Below, one piece after another: positions 18,243 through 27,240 of a DNA stretch of 33,055 nt. The notes under the pieces were generated by a model. It did not search any database. It worked only from the letters and a program-made list of their open reading frames with translations, and had not been told where the DNA came from. The DNA is taken from the NCBI GenBank assembly GCA_964517365.1, contig CAZFEP010000001.1, positions 17,476 to 50,530 of the forward strand, given 5' to 3'. Every line of letters begins with the position of its first letter. The first letter of the stretch is position 1. The position numbers and the translations under genes were made by a program. The stretch is from an uncultured Thiotrichales bacterium. GTDB taxonomy: Bacteria; Pseudomonadota; Gammaproteobacteria; UBA4575.

Positions 18243-19961
18243 TTAATCCTTTGTCACACGATTTAGTTCTTCAAGACTTAAAATACCTGATCGGACTTTT
18301 TCTAAACCCGAGGCACGTAAGTCGGGATAGCCTTCTTTCTGAGCTTGTTCGGCTAATTGTATAGCATTACCATTTTCCATAATCATCGTTCCCATTTCTT
18401 CGGAAATAGCTAATACTTGATAGATACCTGTCCGTCCTTTGTAGCCAGTATTGTTGCATTGATCACAACCTCCTGCCTTGTAAATTTTAATTTCTTCAAG
18501 CTCGGATTCTAAGAACCCTTCTTCAATTAAAGCTTCGTTCGGTACATCATCAACCACTTTGCAAGGCTCACATAGACGTCTTGCTAATCGTTGGGCAATA
18601 ATTAAACTCACAGCCGAGGCTATGTTATATGGGGGAACTCCCATATTCGCCAATCTTGTAAGTGTCTGGGGTGCATCATTAGTGTGCAAGGTCGATAGGA
18701 CTAAATGACCTGTTTGGGCTGCTTTAACGGCGATTTCTGCTGTTTCAAGGTCTCGTATTTCACCTACCATTATGATATCAGGATCCTGGCGTAAAAATGC
18801 TCGCAGGGCAGAAGCGAAGGTCAGGCCAACTTTGGGGTTGACGTTTACTTGATTAACCCCTGGCATATTGATCTCGGCTGGGTCTTCGGCAGTTGATATA
18901 TTGCGGTCTGCCGTGTTGAGTATATTAAGCCCAGTATATAGTGAAACAGTCTTGCCGCTACCTGTTGGGCCGGTCACCAGAATCAGTCCATAAGGTTTAG
19001 ATAATGCATTAAGATAAAGTTGTTTTTGGTCTTCCTCGTACCCTAGTGCATCAATGCCAAGTTGTGCACTGGTAGGATCTAATATACGCAGAACAATTTT
19101 TTCCCCAAATAACGTCGGACATGTATTCACACGAAAGTCGATAGAACGTTTTTTAGATAGCTGCATCTTTATCCGGCCGTCTTGGGGTACGCGTCTTTCT
19201 GAAATATCTAAGCGTGACATTACTTTCAGGCGCGCTGAGATCCTGGGAGCCAAGTTCTGTGGTGGGCTTGCAATTTCTTCTAGTACGCCATCTACTCTAA
19301 AGCGCACACGATAAACTTTTTCATATGGCTCAAAGTGAATATCTGAAGCTTTTTTATTAATTGCATCCAGTAAGCACTTATTCACGAAACGGACAATAGG
19401 GGTGTCGTCAATATCGGACTCACCGTTGTCATCTAATTCATCATCTCCACTTGTAACATCTAGGTTATCTAAATCATCATCTAGGAGCCCATCCATGCTG
19501 AGTGATTTATCACCAAGTTCTAATGCTTTATCAATTATTTTTTCAAGCTTATCTTCTTCTACAAGAACCGCTTCTGTTGTGATGCCTGTGTTAAATTTGA
19601 ATTCATCCAATGCAGCTAAATTCATTGGATCAGATATTGCTACGAACAGGCGGTTGCCGCGTTTTTGGATAGGTAGCGCATGGTGTTGGCGAACAAGTTT
19701 TTCGGGGACGATGTTGCTAGGCAAAGACTCTAGGTCTAATGCATTTATATTTAGTAGTGGGATACCAAATTCGTTTGAAGCTGAATAGGCAAGATCACTA
19801 GCATCTACCAATTCATTTTTTACCAGGTAGGTGGTTAGTGCAATACCGTTATCATGTGCTTCTTGCTGAGCGGTTGCTGCGTCTTGTTCAGATACAAAGC
19901 CATCGTTTATTAAACGCCTTGATAATCCGCTAATTCTGATTGTCGATGCTGGTGTAGCCAT
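18243..19961 (-). CDS. pilB: type IV pilus extension ATPase PilB (GspE family)
   Basis: Walker A GPTGSGKT, Walker B-like IIMVGEIRD, His box LVLSTLHTNDA, and the tetracysteine motif CEPC...CDQC. 572 aa. Confidence 0.95.
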   Translation of the reverse strand: MATPASTIRISGLSRRLINDGFVSEQDAATAQQEAHDNGIALTTYLVKNELVDASDLAYSASNEFGIPLLNINALDLESLPSNIVPEKLVRQHHALPIQKRGNRLFVAISDPMNLAALDEFKFNTGITTEAVLVEEDKLEKIIDKALELGDKSLSMDGLLDDDLDNLDVTSGDDELDDNGESDIDDTPIVRFVNKCLLDAINKKASDIHFEPYEKVYRVRFRVDGVLEEIASPPQNLAPRISARLKVMSRLDISERRVPQDGRIKMQLSKKRSIDFRVNTCPTLFGEKIVLRILDPTSAQLGIDALGYEEDQKQLYLNALSKPYGLILVTGPTGSGKTVSLYTGLNILNTADRNISTAEDPAEINMPGVNQVNVNPKVGLTFASALRAFLRQDPDIIMVGEIRDLETAEIAVKAAQTGHLVLSTLHTNDAPQTLTRLANMGVPPYNIASAVSLIIAQRLARRLCEPCKVVDDVPNEALIEEGFLESELEEIKIYKAGGCDQCNNTGYKGRTGIYQVLAISEEMGTMIMENGNAIQLAEQAQKEGYPDLRASGLEKVRSGILSLEELNRVTKD

Positions 19962-20306
19962 GTTTTGTATTCAATACCTGGTTTATGTAACTAAGTTTAA
20001 TTGAGCTGGCTGGTATACTGTCTCTATTATATTTAATGGCTTAATTACTAGACTGCAAGATATCGTTCTTGGTGAAGAAAATCTAATGTAACTAGTATAT
20101 TTAGGGCCCTGTTTCGCTTATCGGTACTAAATATCCGATAATTAGAAGGCTATAACTTATTGTTTTGAAAGGTTTTTATATCATACTTTGGTAACTGTAA
20201 CAATTCTGCTTGTGAATTAATAATTGTGCCTTTTAAATCAACAAGCTACAGATCGGCATAGGTTGGACTTATACAGTCGAGCGAGATTAATTAACTATTT
20301 AGAAGA

Positions 20307-21440
20307 ATGAAAACAAAAAAAATTTTAATCATCACTAAAAATCTTCCACCACAAATAGGAGGGATTGAAAGGCTTACAGATAAAACTATTCAGGTTTTAT
20401 CTATACAGTTTCAATGCACAGTAATTGGACCAATGGAGTCAAAAAAGTTTGTTGATAAAAATTGTAAATTTATAGGTTGTGGTTCCAATAATCTTTTCTT
20501 GTTTTTCTTCGAGTGTTTATATAGGTCAGTTACTGCCTCTTTGGGTGAAAAGTTTGATATTTTATATGCACCAAGTGGATTGATGTCACCAATAATTAGA
20601 ATTATTGGTGTATTTACTAAAGCCAAGCGAGTGACTTATATACATGGTCTAGATATTGCTACTAATAATTATATTTATAAAAAGCTTTTCGTTCCAGCAA
20701 TTCTCTCTTCAGATTTAATTATTACAAACAGTAGAAATACATCAAACATAATAAAAGAAAAGAAATATAACAATAAATTAATCATTGTTAACCCGGGTGT
20801 TGAGATACCTGATTTAAGAGATAGCAATGACTCTAGTTTTAAAAGTAACTATTCATTAAATGGGAAAAAAATTCTCCTTACTGTCGGCAGGCTGGTTAAA
20901 CGTAAAGGTGTTGCTGAATTCATCCTGCGGGCTCTTCCCGCTATAGTGGAGAGAAATTCAGACGTTGTTTTTATTGTTATTGGCGAAGAGGCATCGAATG
21001 CGGTAAAAAAAGATTCATCAGTGCGCAACCAGATATTGTCTAGCATAGAAATGGCCAATATGAAAAACCATGTCTTGATGATTGATAGGGTCAGTGATGA
21101 CGACTTGATGTCGGCCTATATGTCTTCAAATTTATTTATCTTTCCATTGATTGAGTCTAAAACAGATATAGAAGGTTTTGGAATGGTAGCTGCTGAGGCA
21201 GGTGCATGTGGCTTAAACACCATTGCGTTTGATGTGGGTGGGGTGGGTGATGCGGTAATAAAAAATAAAACTGGTGTTTTAATACCCCCGGGTGATTATG
21301 TTTTAATGGCTGATAAAATTTCATCTTACCTTGCTTTGGATAATAATTTCATTCACAGAAAAGAGTGTCAAGGCCATGCAAAAATATACTCGTGGGAACG
21401 CTTTTCTGAGCAGGTGTCAAATGTCTTTAATAGTATTTAA
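20307..21440 (+). CDS. GT-B fold glycosyltransferase, family 4-like
   Basis: N-terminal ILIITKNLPPQIGGIERL. The C-terminal retaining-GT4 signature is EGFGMVAAEAGACGLNTIAFDVGGVGDAV (E-x7-E type). 377 aa. Confidence 0.8.
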   Translation: MKTKKILIITKNLPPQIGGIERLTDKTIQVLSIQFQCTVIGPMESKKFVDKNCKFIGCGSNNLFLFFFECLYRSVTASLGEKFDILYAPSGLMSPIIRIIGVFTKAKRVTYIHGLDIATNNYIYKKLFVPAILSSDLIITNSRNTSNIIKEKKYNNKLIIVNPGVEIPDLRDSNDSSFKSNYSLNGKKILLTVGRLVKRKGVAEFILRALPAIVERNSDVVFIVIGEEASNAVKKDSSVRNQILSSIEMANMKNHVLMIDRVSDDDLMSAYMSSNLFIFPLIESKTDIEGFGMVAAEAGACGLNTIAFDVGGVGDAVIKNKTGVLIPPGDYVLMADKISSYLALDNNFIHRKECQGHAKIYSWERFSEQVSNVFNSI

Positions 21441-21461
21441 AAAAAATTGGCAAAATAATCT

Positions 21462-22211
21462 ATGAAACGTACAGCTCAGCTAGGTTACTCAGCTATACAT
21501 AGCGATGTGTATTTTGGACAAGGCAATCGTGAACGAAAAGCACTTACAATAGTGGCTATTTTGCAAGATTATTTAGGAGAAAAGCTCAAACAATCAAACA
21601 TTCTTGATGTTGGTGCATCAACTGGATACATTGATAATGTGCTTGCAGATTTTTCAGCGTCAGTTGAAGGATTGGACATCGATGAAGGTGCAATAAATTT
21701 CGCAAATGAAACTTTTAATAAGAAAAATTTAACTTTCAAGTCTAGCGATGCATTAGACCTGAACTACGAGGATGATAGTTTTGATGTAATCATCTGTAAC
21801 CATGTTTACGAGCATGTTATTGATGATAAAGTATTAATGTCCGAGATTTATCGAGTGCTAAAAAAAAGTGGTGTTTGTTTTTTTACTGCAGGGAATCGTA
21901 ACTGTTTAGTGGAGCCGCATTATAAGCTGCCATTATTGTCGGTGATGCCTAGGGCTTTGGCGCATATATATATGCGAATAATGAAAAAAGGAAGCTTTTA
22001 TCACGAAAAGCACCGAAGTTACTGGGGCTTGAGGAAGCTTGTGAAAGATTTTAGTTACAAAGATTACACTAAAGAAATTGTATCGAAACCTCAGATATAT
22101 AAGGTGGATTATATGATTAGGCAAGGGTCATTTAAGCAGAGGGTTGCAATTTCAATATGCAAGTATTTTTTTTGGTTATGTCCTACTTATGTATGGGTGT
22201 TAAAGAAATAA
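21462..22211 (+). CDS. class I SAM-dependent methyltransferase
   Basis: Motif I ILDVGASTGY, the acidic post-I residue in GLDIDE, and motif II/III FDVIICNHVYEHV. 249 aa, 21 bp after the preceding GT. Confidence 0.75.
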   Translation: MKRTAQLGYSAIHSDVYFGQGNRERKALTIVAILQDYLGEKLKQSNILDVGASTGYIDNVLADFSASVEGLDIDEGAINFANETFNKKNLTFKSSDALDLNYEDDSFDVIICNHVYEHVIDDKVLMSEIYRVLKKSGVCFFTAGNRNCLVEPHYKLPLLSVMPRALAHIYMRIMKKGSFYHEKHRSYWGLRKLVKDFSYKDYTKEIVSKPQIYKVDYMIRQGSFKQRVAISICKYFFWLCPTYVWVLKK

Positions 22212-22226
22212 TCTGAGTTATAAGTA

Positions 22227-23288
22227 TTAGCTGTAGTTGATTATTGCATTCTCAAGGGTGTCGCATGAGTCTTCCCAGCTGGTTTGTTTAAAAGAGAATT
22301 TTTTATTTTTGACCGAGTTTATTTTATCTATGTAACTGTCTATATTGCCTGTTTCTGCAATCATTTCTGGGTAATCTTCTAGAATCCATTTCAAATTTTC
22401 AGTGTTTCCCGCAATAATTGATATGCCGCAATTCAGTGCTTCATAAATTTTCACTGGATAACTAAACTCGCCAAATTTTGAACGCTTATTAAATACTAAC
22501 ATCGCATCTAGGCTATTTAGTAAGTCTGGAACCTTCTCGTCATCAATGTAGCCTAGCCATTTCGCATCCTTAGGTTCTGGTACATTTTCTTCAAGTCTGC
22601 CTGAGATAATAAATTCAATATCTTTATCAAATTTAAAATGTTCAATCAGTTCAAAAAGCAGCTCAATCCCTCGATTTCTATATAGTCCTCCACAATAGCC
22701 AATTAAATATTTGTTGCGTGGTAAGTCTAATGCTTTCCGTGAATCTGCTTTGTCTTTGGGTTTAAACTCTGGGTCAGCACTCATGGGGAGAATGAGCGGT
22801 TTGCATTTAAGGCCTAATTGTTCAAACAGTTCCGCGAGTTGGGGTCCAGCGGCTGAGACTATGTTGGCATTACGCAAGCTTGTGCGCCATGCCCAATGCA
22901 GCGGTCGTAGCCAGGGGATATAACTTTCATAATTATCATATGCATCTACCAAGCATTTTGTTTTATGACGCTTGGATAATTTTTCAGCCATTATCCCGTA
23001 ATACGTGTCAGAGAAGCCAAAAATCCAATCAATTTTATTTTTATTTAAAATGCTTTTAGCTTCTAAATAATAATTCAAAAATGGAAAAGGAAACATGCTT
23101 GTCGATTTCCATTGAATGTTATCTTTTGAAACACTTAGAGGTTGAGACTTTTCATAATCAAGCAATAGGATCACTACTTTATGCCCTCTATCAGCAAGTA
23201 ATTTTGCTAAATAGTAAAATCGGCCATATGGTCTTGTTAGTAAATCTTTATTCTGTGGACGTCGTTTACACAAAATCAATATGTTCAT
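22227..23288 (-). CDS. GT-B fold glycosyltransferase (GT4/GT1-like)
   Basis: N-terminal MNILILCKRRP...PYGRFYYLAKLLADRGHKV. The C-terminal nucleotide-sugar binding region is FGEFSYPVKIYEALNCGISIIAGN. 353 aa. The family call rests on motif resemblance only. Confidence 0.65.
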   Translation of the reverse strand: MNILILCKRRPQNKDLLTRPYGRFYYLAKLLADRGHKVVILLLDYEKSQPLSVSKDNIQWKSTSMFPFPFLNYYLEAKSILNKNKIDWIFGFSDTYYGIMAEKLSKRHKTKCLVDAYDNYESYIPWLRPLHWAWRTSLRNANIVSAAGPQLAELFEQLGLKCKPLILPMSADPEFKPKDKADSRKALDLPRNKYLIGYCGGLYRNRGIELLFELIEHFKFDKDIEFIISGRLEENVPEPKDAKWLGYIDDEKVPDLLNSLDAMLVFNKRSKFGEFSYPVKIYEALNCGISIIAGNTENLKWILEDYPEMIAETGNIDSYIDKINSVKNKKFSFKQTSWEDSCDTLENAIINYS

Positions 23289-23475
23289 AACATTCCTGCT
23301 AACGAAATTTTCTAAAACTGAAAATACAGTATTATATTGGAAATACTATAATTTTCCCCATATTTGACTGAAAACTTGGCTTTGGTAGTTGTTTGTGTTG
23401 GGCTTGGGTGGGCCGATTAATGTTTCAAGGACTAATGGTACAGATTGATGGTAGTATTTCGTAACGCGAATGATA

Positions 23476-23503
23476 TTGAGTTATGACTAACTCGCTATAT
23501 AAT
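23476..23503 (+). promoter_or_regulatory. candidate sigma70 promoter for the wzx-to-GT plus-strand operon
   Basis: TTGAGT (23476-23481), a 16-bp spacer, then a perfect TATAAT (23498-23503), about 140 bp upstream of the 23645 start. This is AT-rich DNA, so chance matches are likely. Confidence 0.3.
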
Positions 23504-23644
23504 ATTTACAGCGTTTATATTATCTATAAATTGATTATTCTTAAAAGCCAAACCAGCTCTTTAGACTGTTTAATAAATGCATATGGAAGTTATTTGGTTT
23601 TTCTCAGTTTAGCTTCACATATAATCCTTGTTTAGGCCTCAATT

Positions 23645-24994
23645 TTGAGCATTCTCCCGCGTTTTATATATTCTCGCCTTGAGCACCGTCCAAAGTTAGT
23701 AAAGATATTGGATAATATTGGGTGGTTATTATTCGATAAATTACTAAAGCTCTGTTTAGGTCTATTTGTCGTCATATTGCTAGCGCGTTACTTGCAGCCA
23801 GAACAGTTTGGTCAACTCAATTATGCAATTGCATTTGTTGGATTATTTACTGCAATTGCTACGCTTGGTTTGAATGGAATTGTCGTCCGCGACATTATTC
23901 AAACGCCTAATTCTTCGCATGTAACACTTGGTACTGCATTTATCATGCAGCTGATTGGCGGCGTGGTCGCTGTAGCAATTATTTTTGGTTGCATTACTTT
24001 GCTACGACCCGATGATGCTGAAATTAAAGTCATAGCTGTAATTCTTTCAATTGGTCTAATATTTAAATCTAGCGAAATCTTTAAGTATTGGTTCGAGTCT
24101 CAGTTAGAATCTCGTTATACCGTAATCGCGGAATGCATAGTTTTAGTTTTTGTTTCTGTAGTAAAAATATTGATGATTTTATATGAAGCGCCACTAATTG
24201 CATTTGTATGGGCAATCCTGGTGGAGTCGGCTCTTGTGATGCTTGCAATGATTTACTTTTATATAAAAAGAGGAGGCTTGATAGCTTCTTGGTCAATCAG
24301 CTTTAATAGAGCTATTGATTTATTGAGTGATTCATGGCCGCTTATATTTGCCGGTTTAGCTTTCGTTTTATATATGCGAGTCGATCAAATTATGATTGGC
24401 CAAATGCTCGGTGATAAAGAAGTTGGGATTTATTCAGCAGCAATTCGTATCAGTGAAGTTTGGTATTTTGTAGCAACCAGTATTATTATATCTGTGTTCC
24501 CGTCAATAATTGAGGCGAAAGGTATTGGGAATAATGTTTATAGTAGGAGGCTTCAGGATATTTATAATATTCTGGCAGTATTGGCATTATGTTTTGCGAT
24601 ACTAGTCACTTTCCTATCGGACATAATTATATCACTTCTGTTTGGGCCGAATTATAGTGCTGCGGGCCCTGTACTGGCTATTCATGTTTGGTCTGGATTA
24701 TTTATTTTTCTTGGGCATGCGAGCAATAAACGTTTGGTTGTAGAGAATCTACAAAAAATTGTTTTATATAGAACTGTGCTTGGTGCGACGATAAATATAT
24801 TTGCCAATTGGCTATTAATCCCTAGATTTGGGATTGTTGGTGCTGCGTATGCTAGTTTGATTTCATATTTCGTTGCTTTATTTTCAGTTATTTTGTTTGC
24901 TAAAACGAAGGGTGATGCGGTCATGCTATTGAAAGCGGCTAGCCTTGGCATTCTCTATAGTGCTTTTAGAAAAGAGCGTAATAATCTTAGCTAG
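23645..24994 (+). CDS. wzx: Wzx-type oligosaccharide flippase (MOP superfamily, polysaccharide biosynthesis protein)
   Basis: 449 aa with about 12 hydrophobic segments. The N-terminal NIGWLLFDKLLKLCLGLFVVILLARYLQPEQFG matches the usual Polysacc_synt N terminus. The next Met is about 95 residues in, so a non-ATG start (TTG at 23645 or a TTG about 21 codons downstream) is required. Confidence 0.8.
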   Translation: MSILPRFIYSRLEHRPKLVKILDNIGWLLFDKLLKLCLGLFVVILLARYLQPEQFGQLNYAIAFVGLFTAIATLGLNGIVVRDIIQTPNSSHVTLGTAFIMQLIGGVVAVAIIFGCITLLRPDDAEIKVIAVILSIGLIFKSSEIFKYWFESQLESRYTVIAECIVLVFVSVVKILMILYEAPLIAFVWAILVESALVMLAMIYFYIKRGGLIASWSISFNRAIDLLSDSWPLIFAGLAFVLYMRVDQIMIGQMLGDKEVGIYSAAIRISEVWYFVATSIIISVFPSIIEAKGIGNNVYSRRLQDIYNILAVLALCFAILVTFLSDIIISLLFGPNYSAAGPVLAIHVWSGLFIFLGHASNKRLVVENLQKIVLYRTVLGATINIFANWLLIPRFGIVGAAYASLISYFVALFSVILFAKTKGDAVMLLKAASLGILYSAFRKERNNLS

Positions 24995-25062
24995 AGGTTT
25001 TATTGTATATAATCTTTTACAGATGCAATAATTATAGTGAAAATACTAATTAAGGAAATCGC

Positions 25063-25923
25063 TTGAAGAAAGTAGATTGCTTGATCATATCAACGGGTAG
25101 AGCGGGAAGTACGGCTATCTATCAATATATTAATCAAGCCGCTGAGCTAGGGCTCCCATTAAATAAGGAGCCACATTACTGGTGTAATATTAATAGATTT
25201 GGTGGGCTTGGGAGCGTGCTGCTTGATATCTATATGGAAAGTGAGAGTGAGTATTTTAATCTATATTCAAAATCAAAAATCCATTTAGATGCATCAGTTG
25301 GTTATTTTTTTTGTATTGATGAAGTTATAGATAATCTAAATAAAGCAAAACAAGACCCAAAGATAATATATCTTTATAGGGAACCAATTTCTCGCGCAAG
25401 TTCTCTGTTTTATGAAGAAAGAAGGAAGAATCAAGTCTCAACAGACAAAATACTAGACGAAGTGTGTCTTAGTAAGTCAAAAGGTCTTTGGTGGGAGAAT
25501 TACTATGATAATGTTGCTTATTTCGATGTGTTGAGAAAGCTCGAGGAAAATTTCAAACATGTTCTTTGTATAAATCAGTCAGCCTTGCAATTTAATGGAG
25601 AATTGGTGATCGATGAATTATTGAAATTTTTGGAGCTAGAAAAAAAGTGTGATGTTGATCTAACTCCAATTAATAGTTCTGCGCAGGCAACTATTGTAAC
25701 TAAATTGAGATGGGCGAAAAAAATATTTGAATTACCTATTCCTTTTAAGAGGGAAATAAGTAAAAAGCTTATTGAGCTTGTTGGTCAGAGATTGAAAGAT
25801 ATTCATACAGATGAATTAGAGATGGATTTAGAAAAGTGTCTTTCTTTTAGTAATGAAGAATATAAAAAATTTCGTGAACATATTAATAGCAAAGATATTT
25901 TTTTAGTAAATTCTACAAGATAG
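25063..25923 (+). CDS. sulfotransferase-family protein (PAPS-dependent, candidate)
   Basis: N-terminal P-loop-like 5'-PSB motif LIISTGRAGSTAIY and a 3'-PB-like motif YLYREPISRASSLFY (compare R-x-P-x-x-R-x-x-S). The TTG start at 25063 is supported by AAGGA at 25052-25056 (6-nt spacing) and by the motif sitting at residues 8-17. Confidence 0.55.
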   Translation: MKKVDCLIISTGRAGSTAIYQYINQAAELGLPLNKEPHYWCNINRFGGLGSVLLDIYMESESEYFNLYSKSKIHLDASVGYFFCIDEVIDNLNKAKQDPKIIYLYREPISRASSLFYEERRKNQVSTDKILDEVCLSKSKGLWWENYYDNVAYFDVLRKLEENFKHVLCINQSALQFNGELVIDELLKFLELEKKCDVDLTPINSSAQATIVTKLRWAKKIFELPIPFKREISKKLIELVGQRLKDIHTDELEMDLEKCLSFSNEEYKKFREHINSKDIFLVNSTR

Positions 25924-26020
25924 TTCAATGTTGTTTTATGCAAGTTAATGAAGGATACAAATATGCTCATGAAATACTTATGGGTTGTACCGAAACTTAT
26001 AATTTACTTTTATAGAGGAG

Positions 26021-26476
26021 TTGCAGTTGACTGATTCTTCGGAAGTGCTTTTTCAGAAAATTGTGAATGGAGAGAACCTGCTCGCATGTGTTCTTCGGGC
26101 TGACTATAAAGCTGAAGGCATTGAGTTTTTTACTCCAAGTGATTTTTCGCAACAACTTGGATATATGAATCGACCCGCTGGCCATATTATTCCTCCGCAT
26201 GTGCATAATCCTATAACTCGTGAAGTGCAATTCACCAAAGAAGTATTGTTCATAAAGTCAGGTAAATTACGTGTCGATTTTTATACTGATGATCAGGAAT
26301 ATCTTGAAAGTACAATACTTTATAAAGGCGATGTAATTTTATTAGCATATGGTGGGCATGGGTTCGAAATGCTTGAGCCAACTGAAATGATAGAGGTGAA
26401 GCAAGGCCCATATGCTGGTGATGGCGATAAAACGCGTTTTGAGCCAAATTTGCCTAATGACCTTAAGTTTAGGTAG
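26021..26476 (+). CDS. cupin-fold protein, probable NDP-sugar isomerase/epimerase-type accessory enzyme
   Basis: Single cupin barrel with PPHVHNP...EVLFIKSGKLRVDFY...GDVILLAYGGHGFEM, adjacent to the methyltransferase and aminotransferase. The family (FdtA/WxcM-like versus WbuC-like) cannot be resolved by eye. The start is probably the TTG at 26027, 6 nt after AGGAG at 26016-26020, rather than 26021. Confidence 0.45.
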   Translation: MQLTDSSEVLFQKIVNGENLLACVLRADYKAEGIEFFTPSDFSQQLGYMNRPAGHIIPPHVHNPITREVQFTKEVLFIKSGKLRVDFYTDDQEYLESTILYKGDVILLAYGGHGFEMLEPTEMIEVKQGPYAGDGDKTRFEPNLPNDLKFR

Positions 26477-26481
26477 TTATT

Positions 26482-27237
26482 ATGAATTCAACATCTGATG
26501 TATTTGATGCCTATAGTCGCTACTACGATCTTTTATATAAAGATAAGGATTACGAATCGGAAGTAAATTACGTGGACAAGTTACTAAGAAAGTATGGCAT
26601 GCAAGGTAATGATGTTCTTGAATTTGGTTCTGGTACAGGTAAACATGGCCGTCTTTTAGCGGAAAGAAATTATAATGTAACGGGTGTCGAGCGCAGCGCT
26701 AGAATGTTAGCTATGTCAAAGGATACGAATGGCTTTAGTTCATTCCAGGGTGATATATGCAAAGTGAAAATGGGGCGCACGTATGATGCTGTTTTGTCTT
26801 TGTTTCATGTTATTAGTTATCAAGTAAGTAATAACGCTTTGCGCTCTGTTTTTGCTCGTGCAGCGGAGCACTTGCTTCCACGTGGATTATTTATTTTTGA
26901 TATATGGTACAGTCCTGCGGTATATACTCAATCTGTAGAGGTGCGTATAAAACGCATCTCTGATGAAGACACTAATATTATCCGAATGGCTGAACCAAAC
27001 ATATTTTATAACGAAAATCGTGTTGATGTGAATTACACTATCATTGCACAAGATATCAATACTAGTAGCATGAATTCCTTTACTGAAACGCATTCCATGA
27101 GACACTTTTCTTTGCCTGAAATAGATTATCTTGCAAGTCAAAATGGATTTAAGGTATTGGGGGCTGAGGAGTTTTTGACGGGTTTAAAACCTAGTAAGAA
27201 TACTTGGGGTGTCTGCTTGGTGTTACAAAAAACTTGA
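26482..27237 (+). CDS. class I SAM-dependent methyltransferase, TylM1/DesVI-like (candidate amino-sugar N-methyltransferase)
   Basis: YSRYYDLLYKDKDYESE, VLEFGSGTGKHG, VTGVERSARML, GDICKV, YDAVLSLFHVISY, LLPRGLFIFDIWY. This order and spacing match my recollection of TylM1-type sugar N,N-dimethyltransferases. The general methyltransferase call is firm (about 0.85); the N-methyl-sugar specificity is inference. Confidence 0.6.
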   Translation: MNSTSDVFDAYSRYYDLLYKDKDYESEVNYVDKLLRKYGMQGNDVLEFGSGTGKHGRLLAERNYNVTGVERSARMLAMSKDTNGFSSFQGDICKVKMGRTYDAVLSLFHVISYQVSNNALRSVFARAAEHLLPRGLFIFDIWYSPAVYTQSVEVRIKRISDEDTNIIRMAEPNIFYNENRVDVNYTIIAQDINTSSMNSFTETHSMRHFSLPEIDYLASQNGFKVLGAEEFLTGLKPSKNTWGVCLVLQKT

Positions 27238-27240
27238 ACA

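Noticed and set aside
20315-20322. Homopolymer tracts as phase-variation switches: A8 at codons 3-6 of the first GT, and A8/T8 at 25305-25312, 27989-27996 and 28655-28662
   Set aside because: The tracts are only 8 nt of A/T. Equally long or longer runs occur in core genes here (A8 in ftsQ at 3231-3238, A9 at the DUF721 start), so they look like AT-rich Lys/Phe codon usage rather than contingency loci.
23384-23454. JUMPstart/ops (GGCGGTAG) RfaH-recruitment element upstream of the wzx operon
   Set aside because: Only the GGTAG core is present (TTTGGTAG and GATGGTAG). That is too short a match in a 356-bp spacer to call.
25938-26015. 25-codon ORF (MQVNEGYKYAHEILMGCTETYNLLL) in the sulfotransferase-cupin spacer
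   Set aside because: It has no Shine-Dalgarno and no recognisable motif. It may be a remnant, but there is no evidence of coding.
26361-26368. GGTTCGAA, a T-loop-like tRNA signature
   Set aside because: It lies inside the cupin CDS (HGFEM codons), with no acceptor or anticodon arm pairing around it.
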